NCBI RefSeq assembly: GCF_030028105.1
Contig: NC_092383.1
Coordinates: 71,533,313-71,597,312 of the forward strand
Direction of reading: 5' to 3'
Origin: Mobula birostris
Lineage: Eukaryota
Length of the DNA: 64,000 nucleotides
Shown: positions 39,906 through 51,838 of the stretch, in pieces
How positions within the stretch are numbered: the stretch's first letter is position 1
Layout of the letters: each line of letters opens with the position of its first letter
The notes under the pieces: generated by a model
Database searches by the model: none
Told to the model about the DNA's origin: nothing
What the model saw: the letters and a program-made list of their open reading frames with translations, nothing else
Program-made: the position numbers and the translations under genes

Positions 39906-42547
39906 CTTTATTTGAAGTACATTTATTATCAAAGTATGTACACTATGTACAATCTTGAGATTTGTCTCCTTATGGGCAGCCACAAAACAAAGAAACCCAA
40001 TAGACCCATTAAAAAAGGCTGTCGAGCACCAAATGTGCAGAAGAAAAATTAGTGCAAACAATCAAAGTAAGCAAATAACATTCAGAACAAAAGTTCACAA
40101 AGGTGAATCCACAGCCATGAAGCCAGTCATCACTGCACCCAATCCAGGAGCCCTTTAGTTGCAGGCTACAGCCTTAGCTCACTGCAGAGACAAGTAAACC
40201 TTATGGACCGGTGAGATGAACACTGGCCCGTCCTTCTCCTTTGGCCCCGACACCCTGAGCTTTTCAATCTGGCCCAGCACTTAAATCAGCCAAACATCGG
40301 GTCGTTCCATGCTCTTGGACCAAGGTCATTCTGGCTCTGTGTTGGATTATGCTTGATCCACCCCTCATTCAAATCACTGATATTGAATAAACAGCTGGGG
40401 CTCTAGTACTGACCCCAGTAGTATCCTTTTAGGAACAGCCTCCCCACCTGAAATTAACCCATTCATTCTAACTCTGTTTTTGTCCGTAAATCAAATGACA
40501 CTGACATCGATGTATTATTCCCAAACACGTGTGCTTTCATTTTGTTTAATAATCTCTTTTGTGGTACTTTGAGAAGACTTAAAATTCCAAATGCACCACA
40601 TTAGCTAGTTCCCCGCATAGTTCCAACTTCATATAATTTTACCATTTTTGTGAAACATGATATTCACTGCCTAATTCTATTATTTTGGGCAGTAATTTTC
40701 TAGGTATTCTGCTGCCACTTCCTTAATACATAGCACACTGGGTCAGCAGCTGGAAGTACTGCTGTACAACTTTGGTGACCTGTGCTTGATCCCCCAACCC
40801 ATGTGGAGAATGCTCCTTTTCTCTGTTGCTACAGTTTCTCCCAAATAACAAAGACATCCTGAGAGGCTAATGGGCACTTGTAAATTACCCCTAGTGTAGA
40901 TGATGGATAGATAATCACAGAGAGTTGGTTGGTGTTTGAGCGAAGAAAACAATAGAATGAGGTCTCGGACTGATGAGAAGACTCGAAGAAATGGTATTAA
41001 CTTGATAAACCAAATCGTTGCATTCTGTCATAAGAAAATATGAAATAGATTCTAGCACACTGCAAGCTGTCAATGTCTGATCAAATGGCTCCTAGTTTCT
41101 CATTTACTCTCTCCTGCTTGTTTTCTATCTGTCAGAGTAATGGAATTTTGGAAAATAGTTACTGAGTAACTCCGTAGCAACTTCTCTCAAATCCTTGGGA
41201 TGCGGATTAGTAGTCTTGGAGATACAGTACAGTATCTCATCTTTCACTGAAATTAATGTCTCCAATATTGAGTTTCTACCAATACTAATTTCTCAGTTCC
41301 TCATCCATTCTGGAGTTAATTACATCCACTATTTCCAAGAGATTTTCCAGATCCTGTTATTATAGTATTGCAGCAGAATAGATTGATCTGAAAGCATGAG
41401 TTTTGAAACCATCATGACAGCTGGATATTGAACTGCAAGGAATTAAATAAATCTAAAATTTATAAATGGATGCTCGGAACAGTAAAAGTGTGAGCTAACT
41501 ATTGGTGAGGCCGTAATGTGTTTTCTGCTGTTCTCCACCAACTTAAGTTGTAAAGTGGTCTCTCTATACTATTGGGGGGTAACAAGTGCACGCAACTTTA
41601 CTTAAACTTGTAATAGTTGTACATAAAAAATCATATTACTTAATCATTTTGTATAACAAATGGTTCCTTTGCAGTGCCTACATACATTTTCTATTGCTTA
41701 TTTGTGATCCTGAATAGCTTTCAGCTGAATTAGTATCTTTTTGGCCTGCCATTCAGCCATAATGTAAGCAGTATTCAGTGTGATTCTCAATGATTAGAGG
41801 CCTGGTGGGGTAATCGGTACTTTACTGTGGTTTAAATTACTGCCTGCTGTTTTGTGAGGCAGCTGCCCTTCTGTTTCTTTACATGATGAACCAACTGGAA
41901 ATTTACTGGCCCTGCCTCTTTTGTGACAGCTTGACGGAATTTATTTTTGTCTACAAGTGTTCTTGTCGCACTTCAAATTGTCAGTTCTATTATGAACTTG
42001 TGTGGATATATTTAGTTTGAAACGTTGACCATTCATGGCTGACCCACAAGTGGGATTGCATGGATGTCACACATATTCTGACTTTCGGAAAAAACCTAAC
42101 CGAACCACACATCACCCCAACAAAGAAAACACAATAATATCTTTGAAAGTAAAAAACCCATATAACTTATCGCTTCTTTCATCAACGTAATATTCTGCAC
42201 AGCACATTTACTGAATAAAAAGCAATGGTAAAAATTACATCACACCGGTTGTTTTCTAACCCCCCCCCCCGCCCCACAGTTCTTTAGGGAAACAACAAAT
42301 CAGGGGAAGACCAATTTTCTTCTCAATCCTGATCTGCTATCTGGTGAAATTATGTCTGCTTTGTGACCTAATTCCACATTCTTGCTTTGTCTCCATGTCA
42401 CATTGTATCTTTGCTTAACTACTGAATGTCAGTTACTGCTTTCAGAAGAAAGTTCCACATTTTTACCATTCTTTGCATGTACATGTTATTCCCTAACTTC
42501 ATTCCTGCAGTACCGAGCTGTAGGTTTTGGACTATGTACCATATGTA

Positions 42548-44107
42548 CAAACCCCATTTCCAGAAAAGTTGGGATATTTTCCAAAATGCAATAAAAACAA
42601 AAATCTGTGATATGTTAATACACGTGAACCTTTATTTAACTGACAAAAGTACAAAGAAAAGATTTTCAATAGTCTTACTGACCAACTTAATTGTATTTTG
42701 TAAATATACACAAATTTAGAATTTGATGGCTGCAACACACTCAACTAAAGTTGGGACAGAGTTAAAATAAGATTGAAAAGTGCACAGAATATTCAAGTAA
42801 CACCGGTTTGGAAGACTCCACATTAAGCAGGCTAATTGGTAGCAGGTGAGGTATCATGACTGGGTATAAAAGTAGCATCCATCAAGGGCTCAGTCTTTGC
42901 AAGCAAGGATGGGTCGTGGCTCAGCCCTTCATGCCAAAATTCGTGAGAGAATTGTTAGTCAGTTCAAAAGGAACATTTCTCAACACAAGATTGCAGAGAA
43001 TTTAGGTCTTTCAACATCTACAGTACATAATATTGTGAAAAGATTCAGAGAATTCAGAAACACCTCAGTGTGTAAAGGGCAAGGTCGGAAACCACTGTTG
43101 AATGCGCGGCACTGCCTAAGAAACCGTCATGCTACTGTGACAATTATAGCCACCTGGGCTCGGGAGTACTTCGGAAAACCATTGTCACTCAACACAGTCT
43201 GTCGCTGCATCCAGAAATGCAACTTGAAACTGTATTATCAAGGAGGAAGCCATACATCAACTCTATGCAGAAGCGCCGGTGAGTTCTCTGGGCCCGAGCT
43301 CATCTCAGATGGACCGAAAGACTGTGGAACCGTGTGCTGGGGTCAGATGAGTCCACATTTCAGCTAGTTTTCGGAAAAAATGGGTGTCGAGTTCTCCGTG
43401 CCAAAGATGAAAACACCATCCAGATTGCTATTAGCGAAAGGTGCAAAAGCCAGCATCTGTGATGGTATGGGGGTGCATCAGTGCCCACGGCATGGATGAA
43501 TTCATGTATGTGAAGGTACCATTGACTCTGAGGCGTATATTAGGATTTTAGAGAGACATATGTTGCCATCAAGGCGGCGTCTCTTCCCGGGACGTCCATG
43601 CTTATTTCAGCAGAACAATGCCAGACCACATTCTGCACGGACTACAACAGCGTGGCTTTGTAGACACAGAGTGCGTGTGCTTGACTGGCCTACTGCCAGT
43701 CCAGATCTATCTCCTATTGAAAATGTATGGCGCATCATGAAGAGGAGAATCAGACAACGGAGACCACGGACTATTGAGCAGCTGAAGTCTTATAAACAGC
43801 AAGAATGGACAAAATTTCCAATTGCCCTCAGTTCCAAAATGATTAAAAAGTGTTATTAAAAGGAAAGGTGATGTAACACAATGGTAAACATGCCTCTGTC
43901 CCAACTTTTGTTGAGTGTGTTGCAGCCATCAAATTCTAAATTTGTGTATGTTGACAAAATACAATTAAGTTGGTCAGTAAAACCATTGAAAATCTTTTCT
44001 TTGTACTTTTGTCAGTTAAATAAAGGTTCATGCGAATTAACATATCACAGATTTTTGTTTTTATTGCATTTTGGAAAATATCCCAACTTTTCTGGAAATG
44101 GGGTTTG
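42548..44107 (+). mobile_element. Near-full-length Tc1 (DD34E) transposon with ~210-bp IR/DR-type TIRs
   Basis: TA TSD in an atgTA/TAcat palindromic site. TIRs caaaccccatttccagaaaagttggga... at ~42548-42759 and ~43895-44107, each with an inner aaagttggga repeat. Confidence 0.95.
42909..43887 (+). pseudogene. Tc1 transposase pseudogene
   Basis: MGRGS...STVHNIVKRF...GRKP, SDESTF, FQQ(D>N)NARPH-34aa-E in WPTASPDLSPIENVW. Several frameshifts. Confidence 0.9.
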
Positions 44108-47100
44108 TACATGGCTTATAATGATGATGAAGCCCCTTTTCTATGACTAGCCAGCCAGAAGAAATGGTTTCTCTCTATTTGCCCTAACAATTTCCATTAA
44201 AACTTAAATCAAATCAGAATAAATTGTAAGAAAAATAGCTTCTTTAATGTTCTCCAAAATTAATCATTTGCTTCTAGACATCATCTTGGTACATCCACCC
44301 TATACTTCTTCCAAAGCTGGCATAGTCTTTCCCAGGAGTGATACCAAAAATTGCTCACAGTGTCCCAAAAGTTATATGGCTTTTTAGTTTCAAAGATAAT
44401 ATTGTGTTTTTCTGTCAAGCTGTCAGAAAAAAAATCTGTGGTCCCTATTAGGCAAGCCCTCCTAATATGAAGACCCGCACTGCATTAGCCTTATTGACTT
44501 TGCTCTGAACCCATCTGGAACATTTTGGTGATCTAAGAACCAAGGTGCTCATATTTCTATGAACATCCATGGTTCTAGATTTTCAGCATTTTGAAATTAC
44601 TCTGTCTGTTGTAAGTCCAAATACATTGACCACAGATAACCTGGTTGAAGTACGCTTGCTACAGTTTAGCCAGTCATTCAAAGGATCAAAATCTCAATGT
44701 AAAGATTAGCTTTCTTTTTGTCATTTGCACATTGAATCGCACAGTAAATTGCATTGTTTGTCAGGAGAGTGAGATTCTCTGGGATTCTCTCAGATGATTT
44801 TTCACTCCTGATGGTTTGCAGTGTAAATAAAGACTTTTATATTTCCAAGTTACAGTTTCCATTTGGCTCAGTTTTATTCATTTACAAGAGTAGCACCAAG
44901 TTAGTCATTAATCTTCAATAACATGTTCTCAGTTTATTGTCCAAGGAGCTCTGGGTCGCTATAATCTCCAGGCTGCCAGCCAGCAAACACAGTTTCTTCT
45001 AAATAAATGCCATAAAGTGTCAAAACCAAAACAAAAACTCCTGCTGGTGGCTCCTCACCACCTCAAGCTGTCAACAAGAGAGGATTGCTGAATGAAAGAG
45101 ATGGATATCTTGTAGTTGATTTGAGAATTATGCAAAGAATTTGCAGGATGACAGTTTTTTTGTACTGTACAGCTGCCCCTCATCAGTCTACACAAGTTCA
45201 AGGATAAAAAAATAAGCTTGATAATTTATGTTTTTCATATTCATTCTTCTTTCTGTGAGCAACAGTTAAGATTTCATGATTCATTAGGTAGCCTCAATTG
45301 CCTTGCTTATATCCCAAATTGTGATAGGCTTTGTCCATGTTCTTGGATCTGCACTTGGAGAATATTCCATCGTACTCATGACCTTTATCTTGTAGATGAT
45401 GATTAAAGCTGTGGGATATCATTCACTACAGTCTTGTAGAGTTAGTAGTTAATATAGCTAATCTAGTTGATTCCCTGATCAATAGTATGCTCCAGGATGT
45501 TCATGGTAATGCATTGAATAATAAACTAGATTAAACTCTCTTTTATTGGAAGTAGTGATTGCTTTTGAGTAAATATTACTTGCCTTTAATCAGCCCACTT
45601 GAAAATTTTATCTCAGCCCCATTGCACAAGCTATTTCATCACTTCATTTGCTGAAGAGTTGTAATGAGAACTGAACAAACATTTGCACATCTGACCATGA
45701 TACAGAAGGAAGACCATTGAAGAAGCAGCTGAAGAGCGACAGACCTACGGTACAATTCTGACCTTGCAAAGCTTGGCTGACTTTCCTGAATCTAATCACT
45801 GTGCAGCAGATGGGACTACATTGGGAATGCATTGAGATGCAAGAGCTCATTATTTGATTCACTCACCTCAGTCTCTTTGAACAAGCAAGATTAATATTGC
45901 CTGATGTGTAGTGAAGCTAAAACTTTGCTCTGATTTTTTTTTTTACAGGGGTTGCCTAAATCCATTTGTTGTAAATAGAAAGATTTTTGGGTTGGTATGC
46001 TTACTTAATGGATCTCCAACATACATACAGTACCTTGATGTTATCACCACTGTTACCAGGGAATTGTGTGTGTGTGCTGAATAACTGTCTTTTTTTTTGA
46101 AACTCAGGTTATCCACTCAGTTCTACATATTTCTTTCAAAAAGATTTAAAATCGTGTACTGTTAAAAAAGGGTGAAATTTATTTACAAGTCTCTAGAATA
46201 TTTCAAACTGAAAGTTTTTGAGATTGTTGCACTGTTGGGAAGCAGGTGCACTGTGATACTCTCATGTTCAGTCAAATCACAGCAAGTATACATGTTCTTA
46301 GCAATAAAAAACATTGACAAGAATAAACTGCAATGCCTTTTCATCTTTACTTTTAAAGTCAATGCCTTCTGTACTGTTCTATTACATTGCTATTCAGCAG
46401 TGAAACTGCTGTCACTCCTGTGGCCATCGAGTCACAGTTAGCATATGCACGTAGATACTCAGAGAAAATGATGTTCTATACTTTGACAGTGCTTCTTTTC
46501 ACAACCCTGGAATATCTCAACATGGTTTACGGTGGTTGAAAGTCTTTCTTTGATATTCACTTTATATATTGGGGAGAAGAATCAATTCGTACACAGCAAG
46601 CAAACAACCATGTGATGATTTATATAAGTACTGATGCTGGTAGGGATAAACAATGAGATATTATTCTCCACAATTTCATCAAAAAAGGAAGTTTATGTTG
46701 TGGTATAATAATATATATTATTAACCAAGAACACATGAATGAACATGATTAAACCCAATTGTATTGTCACTGCTGGTATCACATAATTACTGTGTAAAAA
46801 TCATGGGACTTTCAGTATATGTTAAATACTAATTAATGAATTTTCAAAATCTATTGAAATTTTAAATGAGTTTAAGTATTAAGCTATAGGCTTGAGATAT
46901 GTAGATCTGTAGAAAGGCAGATTTCAAAGGAATTTATGTTGATGGCAGGGTACAATGTGCTGATGTAACAGATAGAATATTTAGCACTAAGGATCAGGGA
47001 AGAAAATCCAAACAAGAATCTGCAGAAAAACTGCAAGTCATCGACATCCTTTGGCATATAATATTTAATGTATTTTTGCTGACAGTCAGAGAATTTAATG

Positions 47101-47485
47101 CCTGAGGGAAGTTATGAGTTAACATGATAAGAACTTAGCAAGCTCCATTTACAAAATGGTTGGGCTGTTTTGCTTACAACCATGAAAAGTGGAATTTTCT
47201 TTTTATTGGTCAGCAGATAGTCTTCAACAAAGACATCTTGTGTAATTGCTACCACCATCGACAACCAGCACATAGTATTAAGCAGTGTTACAAGTGCACT
47301 CAACTGTTCATGTTTATATTTCTTTTTGGCATCATCTGCAAACTCCGTAATGTTTGAACCATAGATACTCAAGGCATCACACTGATAATGCTGGTTAGTT
47401 TGGTGGCTGTCTCATCTCCTGTTTGTTTAAGTGAATGTATTGATGCCATTACTCTGATCACAGAAGAGTAAGGAGTTCTGGTGAT

Positions 47486-47726
47486 AAGCACAAAAGATTC
47501 TGCAGGTGCTGGAAATCTTGAGCAACACACCCTAAGTACTGGAGGAACTCAGCAAGTCATCAGCATCTGTGGTGGGGAATAAACGGTCGATGTTTTGGGC
47601 CAAGACCCTTCATCGGGCCTCAAAGGAATTTTCTGATAAAGGGTCTTGCACTGAAATATTAACTGTTTATTCCCCTCCGTAGATGGTACTGACTTTCTGA
47701 ATTCCTCAATATTTTATGTGTGCTGC
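47486..47726. mobile_element. Palindromic element made of two inverted Penelope pLTR ends
   Basis: Left arm ggaggaactcag...aataaacggtcgatgttttgggccaagacccttcatc, right arm ctgataaagggtcttgcactgaaatattaactgtttatt...ctgaattcctc. Flanking 17-bp repeat with 2 mismatches. Confidence 0.65.
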
Positions 47727-50096
47727 TAAGGAATTCTGCTGATTTGACTGCATTTTATCCATATATTTCCTGGCCATTTCACTTCATTTTCTATTGGAGC
47801 CCTTGTATGTGTAGATTGGTGTGTCCATTCTACTACAATTCAGTGTTCCCACACAATGCAGAAAATTAAATTGCAATACTTCACTGAGCTGGAGCAATGA
47901 AAAGTGAAAGAATCAAGAAGGTGAAAATTATGAATATAGGTTCAAACTTGATCGATGATTAGAAAGGTGAGGGGATGAGGATTTAAAGTAAAAGGTTACT
48001 ATAGGTCAAGGGTATTACAAAGTCCCTGAATTCATGTTGTGGCTGTTGCAAACACAAGCAAGATCATATAGCTTACCCGCATATAAGCATAGGGTTTCAG
48101 TTTGGAAGTGGTTGTGCATGCTTTTTAGTCTCTTTAGTTTATGAACTATGCTGTATTCTGGAATAAAACAGATTGCTACAGATATAAAATGTCATTTTGC
48201 ATGTCGAAATTATAATTTTTGATTCATGATTATTTCTTGTTCTCAAAGTAGTGAAAGTGCCAGTCATGTGCAGCAAACAAATTTCCACTGTTACTTTGCA
48301 TGCTATTTCTTCCGATGTGATTGATACCCTAGATGCCCAGAAATAATTGAATGGAAGTAAAAATGGAGCTGTATGATTTATTATCACACATACATCTTTC
48401 CATTTATTTTTCAATTTTCTTACAAATGGGCAAACCACTATCCTTGTACCTTCTCCTTAAAAATAATAAACATGGACGATCAGCAAAGTTGGGCTGTTTG
48501 TTTTTATGGATGTTTGTTTTCAAGCTGACTAAAAGTTTGTGAATTTTAAAAAGAATTGCCCAGAAGCTGCAATCCTTTACACAAGTTTAATAACAATGCT
48601 AGAATTGGGCCTTACCCTGAAAAATAGCCGTTGAATTAATCTTAGTCCACTGCTGCTAATGATATATATATTTGAGAGCTTTTAAATGGGTTTCTAGAAG
48701 AGTATAGGGAAAAGAAGTATAGTTTAAGAAATGTATGTATAAAGCGGGATGGTTAACTTAGACATAGTGGGCTGAATGGCCTGTTTCTCTACTGTACAGC
48801 TCTATGCCTCTCTAACTAGACTCAACCTATTTAACCTATTTTTCATGGACACATTTTAAGAACTTCTATCCTTGTATTAAAATGTTTTGAACATTGTGTA
48901 GGAAATTTTATAGACATTCTTCCAGTCACTTTCCATAAATCCAGTTGAAGATCAGCAGAAATCTTGGAGGCACTGAAGCTTCAACCATTCTTTACCAGTA
49001 CCCTAGGACCAATTGATTTTCAGAATTTGCAATAATTCTATTCTTTAACCTTTTAATCTGCTCCCTTTTCAAAGATGTAATTAAGTTACCTTCTCAGACA
49101 AAGTATTCTGATTCTGGCCATCAAAGTATTCCTTCATATCAATTCTGTTTCCTGTGTAAGTAGGGCCAAAGTCTGTGGCCATTGATCCTTCAGATATTTA
49201 TTTCATCTCCCTGGCGCCGAATGCATCTGTTAAGACTTATCTTGCACTTCTTTGCTCAGGCCGCCTGTTTCAACAGACAATCCAAGTAAGTAATTGCTGA
49301 ATTATGGGATCATTCTGGCCCATGTCCCTTATACCCTTCTGAAGGGGAGGGAACGTTGACTCAGACCATGAGAGGCCTGCATCGGGCATTTTCATGCCTT
49401 ACAAGGCGCAGATTGGAAGTCTGTGTGGGGCGCCACTCCTCGCACAGACTGAAGGTGGTATCTAGAACTGGAAACAATATTGCAAAAGGGGTGTTACTAA
49501 CTGGTGTGTTATCATAACTTGCTGAGTGTTGTACTCTCTACATCCATATAATAGAGCTCAGGAACTATTTGCATTATTAACTAACTTCAAAGATATGTGC
49601 ACAAACAATTTAAAGTCTCTTTATTCTCGCTTTCCTTATAATTATACCATGAAGATTTTTATCCATTTGTTGAATGTCTGATTTAAAGTTGGTTTTTTCC
49701 CAACTAATTGAAATGCAAAATGCCAAAGATTTACATTGCCATGCTCTGCATTTCCTTGTATGTAAAATCATATTTTATCTCAGATGGTCAAGTTATCTCA
49801 ATGGCTTGACAGCCCTTGGATAAGTCAGCCAGCTCACAGTACTCAAGGGGAGTTTATGGTTATCTCTGGGGCACACTTGTTTCCTAAATGAGCTCCAACA
49901 AGGTCTGATTCATCTAATATAATGATCGCAATTTTGGTGGCAGTGGAAAGAAATTTTATCGACAGAGCTCAGGCAGCTTTTTCTTTCTCCAGAATTCTAT
50001 AAAGAATATTAACTGTACTAGGGTAATCATCTTGAATAATGATCTTGCCTCAGATTTGCAATCAAGCATTTATTCATTGCTTTCTTTTCTTTACAG

Positions 50097-50138
50097 AACA
50101 ATCAAGGTAGAGGTCTATGACTGGGACAGGGATGGCAG
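50097..50138 (+). CDS. CPNE5: Copine (CPNE5-like) 42-nt internal exon, C2B domain
   Basis: ttttctttacag|A...AG|gtaagg. Translates (R)TIKVEVYDWDRDG(S), phase-compatible with exon 16527-16631. Confidence 0.92.
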
Positions 50139-51351
50139 GTAAGGCTTGGATGAGTGCACATTTATAATGTTACATAAGAAGTCTAATCCACGAGAATACT
50201 ATTATATTTTCCAATCATTAGTTATTCAGCTAAAAGACCCTGCATTCTGCATCGTAATTGGCATCTTGTGAGCTCTTGAAAGATCGGATACCATCTGGTA
50301 TGAAGCAGCTTTTGTGAAGGGCATCAATATGATTACCAAGAACTGTGCTGTGTGTATCTTTGTAATGCATATTTGCAGAATAACTCTTGGCAAATTCATT
50401 GCAGCCTTGCTTCAGGTAGTGATCACTTCAGCAAGGAGTGAATTTTTAGTGACTTTTTAAAGTATAATATTTCCTGGCAATTAACTTAATCATATTTATC
50501 ATTATGTTTCCATTTGTATTAAATAACAACAAGTGTACAAGGAAGAATTTTTTTAAGTTTAGTTGATTATTTTAGTGAGATATGGGTGACTATAGGGATG
50601 GAATTAAAGGCTTATTGGTGTGTCCTATGGTAGTCAAATATTGTGCAGTGTAAAATAACTCTGGTGTTGCCTGAACCAAGGAGCTCTGGGAAAGGATTCT
50701 GCCACTCTCTCTTTGTACAGCCCATTATTGATAACTGTGTCCTTGGTTAGTAAGTCCTTGTGTTCCCTCTGAGCAGACGTATTGGCATTTGTTCTTCCTC
50801 TGCTTCATGCCAATGCTGAACAGACTTTTCATCATCCTTCCTATTACCTTCTCCTTGAGCTTGACATAAGCTTTCATCAGTGAATCATTTTAGAACACCT
50901 TACTGTGTTAAATTTGGTATGAGTTCTTCAGGAAATTTTAAAAAAAGTGATAGATGGATAATTTACTTTGTTTGGATATTGAGAATTTTCTGTGCCATTA
51001 TATTTTCACCTTTAGGGTGCTGAAGAAGGCTTTTGACACACAGACCTTCATCAGTCAGGGCACTGAGTATAGAAGTCAGTAAGTTACAATACATTGCAGT
51101 TGCGCAAGCTGCTGGTGAAGACGCACTTGAAGTATTCTCTACCCTATCTAATCACTAGCACTTTTACTAACTTTTCTCAAATGTTAGAATCCTTAGTAGA
51201 ATCCTAAATGGAAATGATGAAGGTTAAATTACCAAAATACATCCAATATCACTGTAATAAAGCTAATTATGGAGTTGAACCAAAATCTCATCAATTTATT
51301 ATTCAGAAGTTTATCGTTATCATTCATTAACTCCATCATGGCTCTAGCATC

Positions 51352-51838
51352 TGTTGGATCAGACTGTTTAATTCTTAGTTTAGGCTGCTTAATTATTATT
51401 TTCTTTACAGTTTAACAATTAACTCTTGATACTTTATATAATTACTTATATGCAAGTAACTTCATACTATGCTTCTTAGTGGTCACAGTGTGTAAATGCA
51501 AATTCAGTGTGTTCACTGATATGATTCTGGAAGCTTTTCTTGCTTCTGCATTACTTCAGTAAAAGCTTTCTCATTGGCTGACTCTTATCTGCAAAATTTG
51601 AATGTAATTTCCTTATCTATGGGTATAAAATAGCTGACCATAAAACTAGCACCATCTTGATTCTCAGTTGATGTCTCTTTGTTTTTAAGCTTTGTGCTAT
51701 TAGCTTCTGCTCCTGTTACTGTCCTTTTCAAGTTTTCCATGTTCTATTAACGCTTAATGAAATGATTGTGAAGCAACAAGTTTTGTGCCCCTTTCCTGAC
51801 TTCTGAAGGATCTTGGATTAAAACATCAGAATCCAACA
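51352..51838 (+). repeat. Putative ERV 5' LTR
   Basis: Inverted termini tgttgga...tccaaca, internal attgg (CCAAT) and tataaaa, followed by a degenerate PBS-like tagtgtagtaggtgccaaga. The start tgttg recurs after the PPT at 58000. Confidence 0.55.
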
